DNA of 64,000 nt from the NCBI GenBank assembly GCA_030704615.1, contig CM060731.1, positions 69,006,001 to 69,070,000 of the forward strand, given 5' to 3'. Made by a program: the position numbers and the translations under genes. Under the pieces are notes generated by a model, which saw only the letters and a program-made list of their open reading frames with translations, ran no database searches and was not told the DNA's origin. Source of the DNA: Takakia lepidozioides. Its lineage: Eukaryota > Plantae > Bryophyta. Shown one piece after another: positions 1 through 11,474 of the stretch (position 1 is its first letter; every line of letters begins with the position of its first letter).

Positions 1-721
1 CAACCGTCTCAAAGCTTTCGAGTTGAGAGACTATCAGACCCTACCTTTGTTTTCTTTAGTGTTCAGTGAGCGGGAGATAGGGGAGTATTGCTTTGTCTCT
101 ACCTGGCAGAAAGAGGAGGAGGGTTGGTTAGAGCGAGCTACTGTAGCTTGGGACAAGCTTAGTGGCAGTTTCTGGACATAGATATACCTCCTACACCTTA
201 CCATCATGCAGAGCGAGGCACTTTGAGAGAAGTCTGGCAGTTGATAGCATAGATCAGGATTGGATCTTGCTTGGTTGGGCTTCTATTCTTCCCCTCCATC
301 TCTGTACTATTTTCATTACCTTGTACTTGCAGTTGCCAAAGCCTCTCTTGGTGGAGGCTAGTCAGTCCGGGGTTTTGGGCTGGGATATTCTACAGGATCA
401 GCATTGCAGCTGGATTTTGGTGTGGGGGTGTTGATGTTTTGATTTCTTGTGTTTGGATCCCCCCCAACACCTGCATGCTTGACTGTGCGCCATGTTGGTT
501 TTGTGTGGGCGCTTGCTTTCATAGGGATTAGGCCGGATTTGATCACCGGTCAATCCTAGAGTATGCTGTCGATGGTGAGGCTGGAGTGATGACCAGCAAG
601 ACCACCAGTGTTTCTTCTATGGTGAGGCTGGGTTGATGACCAGCCAACCATAGGAGTTCTTGCGGTGGATGCAGGTGCAGGTGCCCTGAGCCATTGGGAT
701 ATGACCCTTAAAACTGCAACA
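1..721 (+). repeat. Probable 3' portion of the 5' LTR
   Basis: Ends in CTGCAACA just upstream of the gag ORF. The matching part of the 3' LTR is not visible in the window, so this is unconfirmed. Confidence 0.45.
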
Positions 722-772
722 GGTGCCCACCCGTGTCACTATTAGATTAGTACTAGAGCCTTATAGTGTCAC

Positions 773-3330
773 GTGGAGGAGGTGCACATTGTGAGTGTCA
801 TTACGGAGTTACCCAAGGGTGGTGAGGGGAGTACGGCTACAGGCAGTAACAGTGAGAGTGGGTTCACAAGACGAGGTATTCGGTTCAGACCACCTTCACC
901 GCCACCCTCAATTACTGTAGAGTCAGACACAGACTCGGAGGCTTCATCAACAGGTGTGCACTTTCATTCGCCATTGTTGTGGGACGACATGGAGGAGATG
1001 TATGGAGCTACCAAGGGGCCTCGTAGGTACTCTGGAGCTGTGGGCACAATCGAGTTGGATGACTTTATCCAGGAGTTCGACAGCTGGTGTGATTTGCAGC
1101 AGATGCGCAATCCACAGCTATTCACCCCATTCATGGCGTGGAAGGGACTGTTCCAACATTTGGAAGGCCCGCCTATGGACGATTACCACGAGTTCAGGCG
1201 AGGACATGAAGCAGAGATTGAGGAGTGGAGGATGTATTGGTCACCTGACTACGTCTCCATTACTCGAGGCACGACGCGACCAGTAGCTGCATCAGTACCA
1301 ATAGCTCCCACTGCCAGCACTAGTAGTGGAGCAGGTAGTGCTGGTACTTCTGCAGGTGGTACCAGTTCAAAAGGTGCTACTACTCCTCCTGCCACAACTA
1401 CAACACATGTGCCTAGATTCAACCCGGTGGTGGAGTTCTTCCAGGAGTTGCGGAGGAACTACCAAGGTGTACGGACAGAGAAGCTGCGAAGTTTGCAAGA
1501 CTTCCAGCGCAAACCCAGTGAGAGCCTGCGAGAGGCGTACACTCGTATGAGGCGCTTGATAAGTGTGACCCAAGGGGTTACTGAAGCTCAGGCAATCCAG
1601 TTTTGGTATGGAATTCTGGACAAGGAGCTCAAGAGAAGGGTGCGAGATGCAACCCTGTTACAAGCAGCCCAACCCACATTAGCAGATGTGTTTTTGCTGG
1701 CTGAGCGGATTGAGCTCAACATGGTGGAGGAGCGAGTTGTTACAATTGGATTTGGCAAGGACATGCCTGTACGGGGCACAGCTGTCAGCCCACAAGCACA
1801 AGGGACTGCCCAACAGCGTGGTCAGGGGGGCAAGGTTGCCCAGCCCAAGTTCCATGGAGCTTACAGGGGACCTCAGGTGCAGAGGCCCGTGGCATCTTTT
1901 GCAGGCCAACAGCAACCAGGGGTGATATGTTGGACATGTGGAGGACCCCATGTCAAGAGAGATTGCCCAGAGAGTGGCAGAAGGCCGGCACAAGCACAGC
2001 CTGCACAGTTGCAGTGTGGGCATTGTGGCAAGTATGGGCATGGAGATGCCCAGTGTTATGACTTGCATCCTGAGTTGCGCCCAGGCCAGTTCCAAGGGAA
2101 CAATGGTGGCCGGGGGCGAGGTGGACCAGCCCAGAGAGGACGAGGTGGTCGGGCACGAGGTGCAGGCCAAGGGCAAGCTCAACATGGCCAAGGACGCGGA
2201 GGTCAGGGCGTTGATCAAGGCATGGCCAACCGGCTTCAGCAGCTAGAGCAGAGGCTCGCTGCCATGGCTATAGCTCAGGCGGTACCGGCTCCCAGGCGGG
2301 ATGGTCCACCTCCTGCTCCTGAGGGAGGAGATATGGGAGGCATGGGATTTATGTGCGGAGCAGCACTACCACTAGAGCAGGTGGAGTCTGCTGCAGCCGT
2401 GACTCGAGGAGCAGCACGAGTTCCTGAGCCACGAGGTGCAGAGGTGGAATTGGATCCACAGCGTGGGGAGGCAAGCCGTCAGGCAAGGCTTCCTCAGTCA
2501 TTCACATTGGCGGAGACTGTGTCGACGCCATCCATGGCACCTAGTTCTCGCCCGACTGTTACCGAGGCGGAGGTTACTATGCCATTGGGGAGAGCTACAC
2601 GTGCAGCATTGACTCCTGCTGCCAAGGCTAGTGCGGCCGGTGTGTTATTGGGGGCAGCCACCTCTGTGTGTCAGGCCCCACTGTTCTCGGCAACAATGAT
2701 TGCGACGCCGGGGGTGAGACCAGCTGCAGTGTTCAGACTAGCAGCAACACTCTGTGAGAGTGGGGAGGTCACTTCATCTTCTGCGGAGTTAGTGGAAGGT
2801 GTAGTGGCAGAGGGATCCTCGGATTTGAGGGTCAAGACTGCCACGGCTGCGCCATGGCAAGTTGCAGCTGCCAGGTTGACGGAGCTGCCAGCTAGGCCAG
2901 CCATTGAGCGCGCCATGGTGACACCTGGAGTTGTCTTGTTAGACAACCAGGGAGGCATTTTCACTTTGAGTGGACCGGCAGGCAAGAAGTACCGGCCACT
3001 GCGGGTCTTGTTGGACTCAGGAGCTCAGCCACTGATGTTGGGCAGAGCTGCTATTGCAGGTTTGGGCCTCATGGAGGCGGATATGGAGCCTTGTCCTTTC
3101 CAGATACAGACATCTCTGGGAGGATCAGAGCAGGCTCGCGGCATGACACGGCATCAGTTGGCTATTAGACTGCAGCCGGATCATCCTGTAGATGGCTCAG
3201 TGATGCGAGCCAAGGCCATTGTGACAGACGCGGTCTCTTACGATGTCCTCGTTGGTGGGGCAGTGTTATACCCCATGGGCTTCACCCTGGATTTCTGGGA
3301 GGAGTCAGCATCCTACAGGCCTGGATGGCA
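773..3330 (+). CDS. gag-pro: Gag (capsid-like region, two zinc knuckles, RGG-rich) and aspartic protease portion of the polyprotein
   Basis: Knuckles CWTCGGPHVKRDC and CGHCGKYGHGDAQC; protease motifs VLLDSGA and YDVLVGGAVL. True start codon uncertain. Confidence 0.9.
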
Positions 3331-3727
3331 GTCAGGGGATGGTCGCCGTGCACAGCTCCCTGTGACATTCATTGGGGGTATTGCAGCTGCCCAGCGGGGC
3401 AAGATGCCAACACTAGCCGCCTTCACAGCTGCAGTTAGTTGGCCTGGAGAGTTGCTGGAAGGCAATGCCCATGCAGAGGATGTGCCACCTCCAGCAGAGC
3501 AGGATGACATGCATGGTACGGCGGAGTTGCCTGCCATGGTTGCTCACACTCCGTTGTGGGGTACGAGCAAGGATTTGCAGCAAGCTGCTGATGGACGGGT
3601 GCAACAAGCTTGGGAAGAAGCTTTTGTACCGTCAGGAGAGGAGGAGAGTGCGGTGATTGCACCAGGGCCACCTCAGTTGTCGCCATTGGACACCACACCT
3701 CTTGTGTGGCAGCGGCCGGATGAAGGC

Positions 3728-4680
3728 ATTTGCCTTCTGGACTTGTTTGGCGGGATCAGCACCGGATTGGCTGCTGTGCTACAGGCAGGTGTGCGGGTAA
3801 GGCGTTACCTGTATGTGGAGAGGGATGAGACTGCACGACGCGTCTCACTGCGCCATGTGGCTCAGTTGGTACAGCAGTACCCTGACTTGTTGCCTGTGTC
3901 TGCAGTTCGTGGATACCAACAAGCCTTGCCAGCAGACATTTCCTTGTTGGGGGCGCAAGATTTGGAGCAGGTTGGCTCCATTGATCTGATAGTGGCAGGT
4001 TGGCCCTGCCAAGGGCATTCATCAGCCGGGCATGGCAATGGATTGCGAGACTCGAGGACGGGTCTGTTTTGGGAGATGGTGCGGATTTTGCGCTGCTTGC
4101 AGCTTCATCAAGCTGTATCTCCAGCATACATCTTGGAGAATGTCCACTGATGGGTGATTCTCGGGCCAGGGTGATGGCCAGTGTGCATCAAGTCCGGTCG
4201 TGGCTTGGGTCAGCAGTGTTGCTGGATGCAGCTGCAGTGGGGTCACGGGCTCATCGTCCACGACTATGGTGGACTAACTTGATGCCACCCGCACTGCTCA
4301 AGCGTGCATTTGATGGGGTGCAGCGGCCAGCACACCTCACCGTGGATGGCATTTTGGACACAGGAAGGCAGTCTCAACGTGTGAGACACGATGACCGTTC
4401 GCCTTTGGCAGTGGTCAACAGGGTGGGTCAACCACGAGCAGCATTACCTACACTGCTCAGCTTCCCAGGATCCCATGCTTTTCGGGATGGTGGACCTGGC
4501 CTCTTGTGGGATGCTCAGTTGCAGCAGTTAGTGGAGCCTAATGCCGACGAGCGAGAGCGGGCTATGGGGTTTTCCACTGGGACCACGGCGGTGCCTTCTC
4601 TTTCTGAGGCATCACGTCGTCAGGTGTTGGGGCAAGCAATGGATCTCAATTGCTTGACCTGGATTGTCAGCTTGGCTATG
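3728..4680 (+). CDS. DNMT3-like C5 cytosine DNA methyltransferase domain within the retroelement polyprotein (1-bp frameshift at about 4145)
   Basis: Motif I LLDLFGGISTG, IV DLIVAGWPCQG (catalytic PC), VI YILENV, VIII AHRPRLWWTNL, IX ERERAMGF, X RRQVLGQAM. All are in canonical order and parallel the DNMT3 motifs. Confidence 0.93.
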
Positions 4681-4974
4681 GCTGAGCAACGTAGAGTGCG
4701 GAGTGCACTTCCCTTGACGGTCTCTCTGCCTACCGAGACGGTACAGGCAGCGAGTGGGGGCGAGCCGGTGAGGACCACGAGGTGTAGACATCCATGGCAC
4801 ATGTGGGAGGTGCTCGAGGTTCAGAGGGAGTTGGCAGCGAAGGCAGCTGTGATGGATGAGGTTGGGGATTCTTCTCGGGATGAGGAGGTTCTCAATGATG
4901 AGATGATGGGGCAGGATGAGGCCTTGTCATTGACTGAGCAGGAAGGGGGTACTGCTCAAGAGGTTGCAGCATAG

Positions 4975-7900
4975 CAACCACGGGACGCGTCCTCTACCTC
5001 TAAGCCCACTGGACTTAAGGTTGCAGTTACGGAGGACAATTGGGAGCCTGACATTGGACCCATTGTCACCGGAGGAGAGAGACGACGTATACGGCGGTTC
5101 CTGAGGGCTTACAGGAATTGCTTTGCCTTCAGTTTGAAGGACTTGGGAGCACTGAAGGGTCAAGAGATCCGTATTGAGTTGGCCACTGACACGCCAATCT
5201 TTCGGAGACCCTATAGATACAGTGACATGGAGAGGTCTTTGATTCAGATGAGGACTCAAGATCTCTGGGAGGCAGGTTTGGTGGAGCTCTCTGGTGGAGA
5301 GTATGCTTCAGCCACAGTGATGCCAGCTAAGAAGGATGTCTATGGCAATTGGACGGAGAGACGTATGTGCGGTGATTACCGGCCTGTAAATCGTCAGACC
5401 AAGTCCGATAGGTATGCCATGCCAACACCAGAGGAGATCTTTGATGCCATTGGGCATTCCAAGGTCTTTAGCACGTTGGATTTACGATCCGGATATCACC
5501 AGTTGCCGATCAAGGAGGCGGATAAGCAAAAGACGGCATTCTGGGGGATCAATGAGCACGGGAAGGATTGCCTATACCAGTGGCGGTTCTTACCATTTGG
5601 GCTTAAAAACGCTCCCGCTGAGTTTCAAAGAGTCATGGACAGGATTCTAGCAGGGGTGGAGTTTGCTCGGTGCTACATAGATGACATCATCATCTTTAGT
5701 GCTACGGTGGAGGAGCATGAGAGACACCTTCAGGGGGTATTTGAGCGCTTGAGGACGCACGGATTGAAGTTACATCCGGGCAAGTGCAAGTTTTTCCACA
5801 ACCAGATTGAGTATCTGGGTCACATGATATATCCTGGAGGATTGGGGGTACAGCAGACTAAGGTAGAGTCCATTGCACAGGTTCCACGCCCCACGGATGT
5901 GAGCCGAGTTCGAGCTTTCATGGGGTTAGCAAACTATTACAGACGGTTTGTTAAGGGATTTAGTGCCATTGCAAAGGCTCTAACCAAGCTGACCAAGGTG
6001 GACCAGGAGTGGCAGTGGGAAGATGAGCAAGAACAAGCTTTTCAAGAGCTCAAGGCGAGGTTGACCTCGGCGCCCATCTTGAGACGACCTATCAGGGGGC
6101 GTCCTTTTCAGCTGCATACAGATTGGAGCATGCTGGGGCTTGGAGCGGTGCTCACACAGGTGGATGATGAGGGAAGAGAGTTCGTAGTGGCTTATGCTAG
6201 CCGCTCGAACAATGCTGCAGAGTCTAAGTATAGCTCATATGAGGGAGAATGCTTAGCTGCAGTGTGGGCCGTGGCACACTTCAGGTGCTATCTATACGGC
6301 AATCTCTTCACCCTTGTCACGGATCACCAACCACTCAAGTGGTTGATGGAGTCAGACAAGCTTACGGGGAAGCTTGCACGGTGGGCACTCATCCTTCAAG
6401 AGTATGACTTTCAGGTGGTGCATCGACCGGGTTTGGTCAATCGAAATGCAGATGGGTTGAGTCGCAATCCATGCACGAGCCAGCAGGATGACACTGGAGC
6501 TCGGTGGCATGGTGAGACGGACGAGGAGATGGTGCCCGGATGGCATGCATCTGCATTTCTGTGTATCTTGGCAGCGGAAGGCCAGGTTGGACCTACAACA
6601 GGGATGACTGTAGATCAAGTGTCTGAGGACCCTGAGGCCAGCAATGAGCAGGGTGGCGCCAAAGATATACATGAGGATTCAGTTGTGTTGGACTACCTCC
6701 GCAGTGGAGACACGGCAGCCACTATGACTGCCAAGGAGAGGGATCGGATCCTACAACGAGCCAAGAGGTTCAGGTGGGAGGGGACACACCTGCTCCGAGT
6801 GTGGGAGGATGGTCGAGTGAGGATTGTGCCTCACCCAACACAGCGGGCACGGTTAGTGCGGCATGCCCATGAGGAGTTGGGGCATTTTGGGGTGCGACGC
6901 ACTCATAGTCTACTGCAGGGGCAGTATTGGTGGCGTGGTATGCACACAGAGGTGCAACAATTTGTGGCTAGGTGCATGGTGTGTGACAGGGTGCGTGCTT
7001 CATTCAACGCCCCTACTCCACAATTGCACCCTCTTCCGATCATGGGATTGGGCTACAGGTGGAGTCTTGACTTCGCAGGGCCGTTGCCACTGACCATGCG
7101 CCACAACAAGTACGTGTTGGTGATGGTGGAGCACTTCTCCAAGTGGATTGAATTGGTTCCATTGCCTGATAAGGCTAGTGAGGGAGCTGCGTATGCATTC
7201 CTGGATTGTGTGCTTAGCCGATTCGGTGCTCCAGCTGAGGTACTCACGGACCAAGGGAGAGAGTTCTTGGGGGAGTTTCAGGCTTTGTGTGACAAGGCCT
7301 TGATAGACCACCGCACCACTTCTCGGGATCATCCTGAAGCCGATGGCTTGGCAGAGAGAGTTGTTCAGACAGTAAAGAGGGGTTTGCGCAAGTATGGCTT
7401 GCAGAAGGGACACCTAGGAGATTGGGACCTTCAGTTACCTGGTTAGCCATGGGCTACAGGTTCAGCAAGCAAGCATCACTTGCCTCTTTCTCACCATACT
7501 TTCTTCTCTTTGGCCGAGAGCCGGATTTGCCTACATCCATTCGCAGAGAAGCTGCTACAGTTCTTAACCTTGACGATCCGGACGTGTGGGCACGTGCATG
7601 TGAGCAGCGTGCAGAGTTGTTCAAGAGAGTCATGCCCATGGCTTTCGAGAACCTTGCCATTGCACAACACCGTGATACGTTGAGGTATGCTACCATACGT
7701 GGTGGGGGCTATCGTCCTGGGGTTCGGAGATTCAACCCTGGTGACTATGTCTATCTGCAGCAGACTGCTCCTACGACCCTGGATGTGACTGCAGGACGTG
7801 TTATTTTGAGGGTTCGAGAGGTCTTGCCCTCAGGCGTCTTGGTCTTGGAGGGTCGGGATGGCATAACTTGGAAGGACCATGTGCGTAATTGTGCGCCATG

Positions 7901-8108
7901 TCACCTTCCGAATGTCGATGGCAGGATTGACCCAAACCTGGCAGTGGTATCTGCAGGTTTGAGGTGCATGTTGTGTGGGTCTGCTAAAGGGGCAGCCACC
8001 ATGCTGGTGTGTGATCGATGCTCTAGAGGTTGGCATATGGGGTGCTTGACTCCACCTCTTGAGATGGTTCCAGATGGGGATTGGTTATGTCCACAATGCA
8101 TTGGATAG
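4975..8108 (+). CDS. pol: Pol: reverse transcriptase, RNase H, integrase, C-terminal PHD finger (1-bp frameshift at about 7439)
   Basis: RT motifs LDLRSGYHQ, PFGLKNAP, YIDD; RNase H HTDWS, TDHQPL, NADGLSR; integrase HHCC zinc finger and D-D-E (WSLDF, TDQG, AER). PHD CMLC...CDRC...WHMGC...WLCPQC at 7965-8099. In frame with the upstream ORF across the TAG at 4972. Confidence 0.95.
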
Positions 8109-8368
8109 TGGGAGTGGATACAACCATGGGAGGCTAACAAGCAACGCAAGGCCCAGCTACTAGGAGACCTTGAACACACGAGGTCTTGGCTCAAGTTCAC
8201 AGATTGCAAGATGGCGACTAACGATGGGGCTACTCTTGTACCCGGCCTCTTGGTCTATAGAGTTTGAGTACAATAGGAACAGTGATAGAGGACTTAGTAC
8301 GGCTGTGGCTATTACATCTTGTAGCTATCTGGAGGTAGATGGACCTATCCACCAGCTAGGGGGGCGAT

Positions 8369-8889
8369 TGTGGCAGACTACTTTATTGTGCATATATGTG
8401 TGGTGTGGTTTGGACAGCGATGTAGTTGTGTAGCGATATGTATGCGCACGACAGCTGTCAAGTTAAATAAGCACAGTGTGAAAACAGCTAGAATAAAACT
8501 AGTTATTTGTATTTAACACTTGGATTTAGGTCAAGTGTTAAATCAGGTGTCAAGTTTAGTTTGACACCTGGTCCGTCTTATCTTCACGAGAGCGGCAGTC
8601 GCGCGGCTCATCTTTCTCGAGTTGAGCCTGCGCAACCGAGCTCCTGCATGTGTTTAGATTTGAGTGTGCTTATGTAGGGGTACAGGTTGTTGTGGGGTGG
8701 AGTCCCCATAGCTTGGGGTGCCCCTGGCTCGACTACTATTTCTAAGAGTGATGGTTTGGTTTTCATGTTTTGTGTCAACAGTGTGTTCGTTGGATTTCTA
8801 TCATTGTGGCAGACTACTTTATTGTGCATATATGTGTGGTGTGGTTTGGACAACGATGTAGTTGTGTAGCGATATGTATGCGCACGACA
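8369..8889 (+). repeat. Start of the 3' LTR, with an 87-bp direct duplication (8367-8453 / 8803-8889) and two adjacent hairpins (8511-8570)
   Basis: Follows the PPT; the duplicated segment has one mismatch; perfect 12-bp and 10-bp stems. Confidence 0.65.
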
Positions 8890-10770
8890 AAGCTTCTTAG
8901 TAGCTAGTATCAGCTTCCAGTACTCTAGTCTAGTTTCCAGCATTTGGTACCCCAGTTCAGTTTCCAGCATTCCAGTATTCGAGTCGAGTTCCAGTATCTT
9001 GTACTCTTGTCCATTGTTATAAAAATTATCTTGATTCATGTTATCCACCATGCATTCGGCCACGCCGACCTTGACTTCTTGTCTAGTCTTGTACCTCTAG
9101 TCTGATCTCTTGTTTGTGTTCAGTCATGTTCTCGTTCTTGACAGTTTGGCGAGACTAAAGTTTGTTCCTTAGTTAGTTAAGATGGAAGGCACATTTGCGG
9201 AAATGGTCGCCACATTGTAGAGTCTTCAGCTCCAGATGCAAGAACTTCGTACCTCTACTGCCCAACTACAAGCTGATCAGTCTCAAGATCTTGACAACGC
9301 TCTCAACAATTTGCAATAACAAATTTCAGAGTTAAAGGAGTCGAACAATGGATCTTCAACCTTACGAGTCTCTACTCAACAAATCTTACTGCAACGGTTC
9401 ATCCAAATCTTCAACAGATTACAAGCGACCAAAAGTCAGCATGCTCGAAAAATTTGATGGGACGAGATAAAGATTTCGCGGTTTTGTTCAACAAGTACAA
9501 TTGTTCCTACGACTACATCCACAACGCTACCCTGATGAAGGTATTCAAGTGGGATTTGTGGGCACCCTTTTATCCAGCACTGTCATATCTTGGTTTGCAC
9601 TGCTATTAGAGAAAAATTCGCATTTAATATATAATTTTGAATCGTTCATGTCCGAGTTCACTGCAACGTTTGGAGAAAATGATAGAGAGAGAGTTGCAGA
9701 GACAAAGATGCGAAATCTTCGACAAGGAGCACGTCCAGCTTCCGTTTATGCTACCGAATTTCGACAACTTGCGTGCGACCTCGACTGGAATGAGAAGATT
9801 CTCATTAGTCAGTTTCGATGTGGCCTAAAAGATGATGTTAAAGATTTGTTGCTGACAATGCCAAACGTGAGTACACTGAGCGAATTCATCACCCAAGTCA
9901 TTGCATGCGATAATCGTTTGTTCGAAAGACGTCAATAGAAGCGATATGGATGGTCGACGACGCACCATGCCGCTGCTACTATGGCACCAAACACAACGAT
10001 CCATCAGACATCCGGTAATGATCCTATGCAGATTGATGCTGTCCGATTCAAGCCATTGACGCCACAAGAAAAACAAAGACAGCGCTCGAATGGATTATGT
10101 CTTTATTGCAGATGATTACATAGCATTAAACTGCCCCAACAGAGAAGATTCAAAGCTCGGGGCACAATTCAAGTGTTTGATACGAGGAGGTCGGAAAACG
10201 AAGATGTCCAGCCACAGTAGGGACCATGCGGCTGGACACCCCAAATTCCTAAAAAAAAAAAGGTCTATTTCTACCTCCAGACCCTGTACCTTGTTTCACA
10301 GTTCCAGTAAAGATCAGGATGCAAAATCGAGATATCTCCGTAGAAGCACTTTTGGATTCGGGCGCTTCAGCGTTTTTTTATTGATAAAAACTTTGCGAAA
10401 CAACACAATTTAATGCTCGTAAGAAAGAAATTCTCGGCCCCTGTTGAAGTCATTGATGGACGACCGTTAGCATCAGGAAATATTGATCATGAAACTCAAT
10501 CCCTTGAAGTGAAGCTTAAAAATCAAGCATCACAGATTGTTTTCAATGTCATCCAGTCTCCAATGAATCATGTGATCCTTGGACTTCCCTGGTTTGTACT
10601 TCATAATCCTGACATCGACTGGCGATCACGAAAAATTTCGGCAAGACAAAAATGCAAAAGTACCAAAGGTATTCAACCCCTGTTTCTTGGAGCTAGAGCC
10701 TTCATGAGAGCTACGAAGAAAGTGAATATGTACATTTATTTTGCATGGGGTTTTAAAACCCCAAATTGAT
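8890..10770 (+). mobile_element. Truncated, degenerate Ty3/gypsy (Tcn1/chromovirus-like): LTR end, gag, protease
   Basis: LTR-like end CTTGACA at 9143. Gag EKFDG...FLRLHPQRYP...LRQG...YATEF and a degenerate LCLYC knuckle. Protease ALLDSGAS...VILGLPWF..HNPDIDW. Multiple stops and frameshifts. Confidence 0.85.
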
Positions 10771-10789
10771 ATCCAATCATTCAAAATCA

Positions 10790-11300
10790 TTGGGAGAGCA
10801 CTTTAAAAAATATCTAAGACTGTCATATTTAGGATCAGAAAGGCTCTCGGGTCCAACCCCAATCCGGTTCTTAACAACATAGTCTGGGACATTTAATGGA
10901 CTCTCCAGCATCCCATCAAAAAACTTTTGAAGCACCAACAAGTAGTTGTTGTCAGTCTCAATTGACTCAAATGTTTCAAGAATAATCATGACCCTACAGG
11001 ATTGAGTAGACATTTCAGAGGAGTATCATCAATCAGAAGCGTATTTTTGTCATCGAACTTTCCTCTCGTCTTCACCCATAGCCCCGCAAGTGGTTTCAGA
11101 AACACATTTGGGGAGTTTTTTAATCTATCGTTATAGTTTGGATGGACTTTGCTAGGACACGAAAGACAATCCTCCTGCGACATAATGAAGTTTGGTTGTG
11201 GTAACCCCTCCAACATGATATCAAGGACGGGCTTGAGGTTCTTTAGCTCCATGCAACTCCAAATCCCAGACGTCCTCATCAGCATGGACTAATGCCAACG
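10790..11300 (-). pseudogene. FCP1/SCP (NIF, HAD-family) phosphatase-like fragment
   Basis: SQEDC...FLKPL...NTLLIDDTPLKCLLNP matches the C-terminal NIF-domain motif; the N-terminal DxD motif was not seen. Confidence 0.6.
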
Positions 11301-11474
11301 TTTCTTTCGAGGAGTTCTTCTCCAGTATAACCAGTGTCGCTTGCATAAACTCTTGGGATGAAGAACACAATTATTTTCAGACCCAACAAATTATCAGTGA
11401 GGAAATCCCAAAACCCCTATCTAGATACTAATATGTACATAAATGAAGAAAAAGACTATTAGAAGAATGTTTAC

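Larger units (their letters stand above)
1..8889 (+). mobile_element. Ty3/gypsy LTR retrotransposon carrying a DNMT3-like methyltransferase and an integrase-fused PHD finger (5' LTR runs off the window; 3' LTR partial or rearranged)
   Basis: Domain order Gag-PR-(DNMT)-RT-RH-IN is gypsy-type. A polypurine tract AGGGGGGCGA (8358-8367) is followed by TGTGGCAG at 8369. The upstream region ends CTGCAACA at 721, a 7/8 inverted match to TGTGGCAG. Confidence 0.93.

Noticed and set aside
722-740. Primer-binding site after the putative 5' LTR
   Set aside because: GGTGCCCACCCGTG does not begin with the usual TGG and I cannot match it to a tRNA, so it is not called.
4140-4150. Programmed ribosomal frameshift at the end of ORF 773-4150
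   Set aside because: It falls in the middle of the DNMT domain right after ENV, with no slippery heptamer; a 1-bp deletion explains it better.
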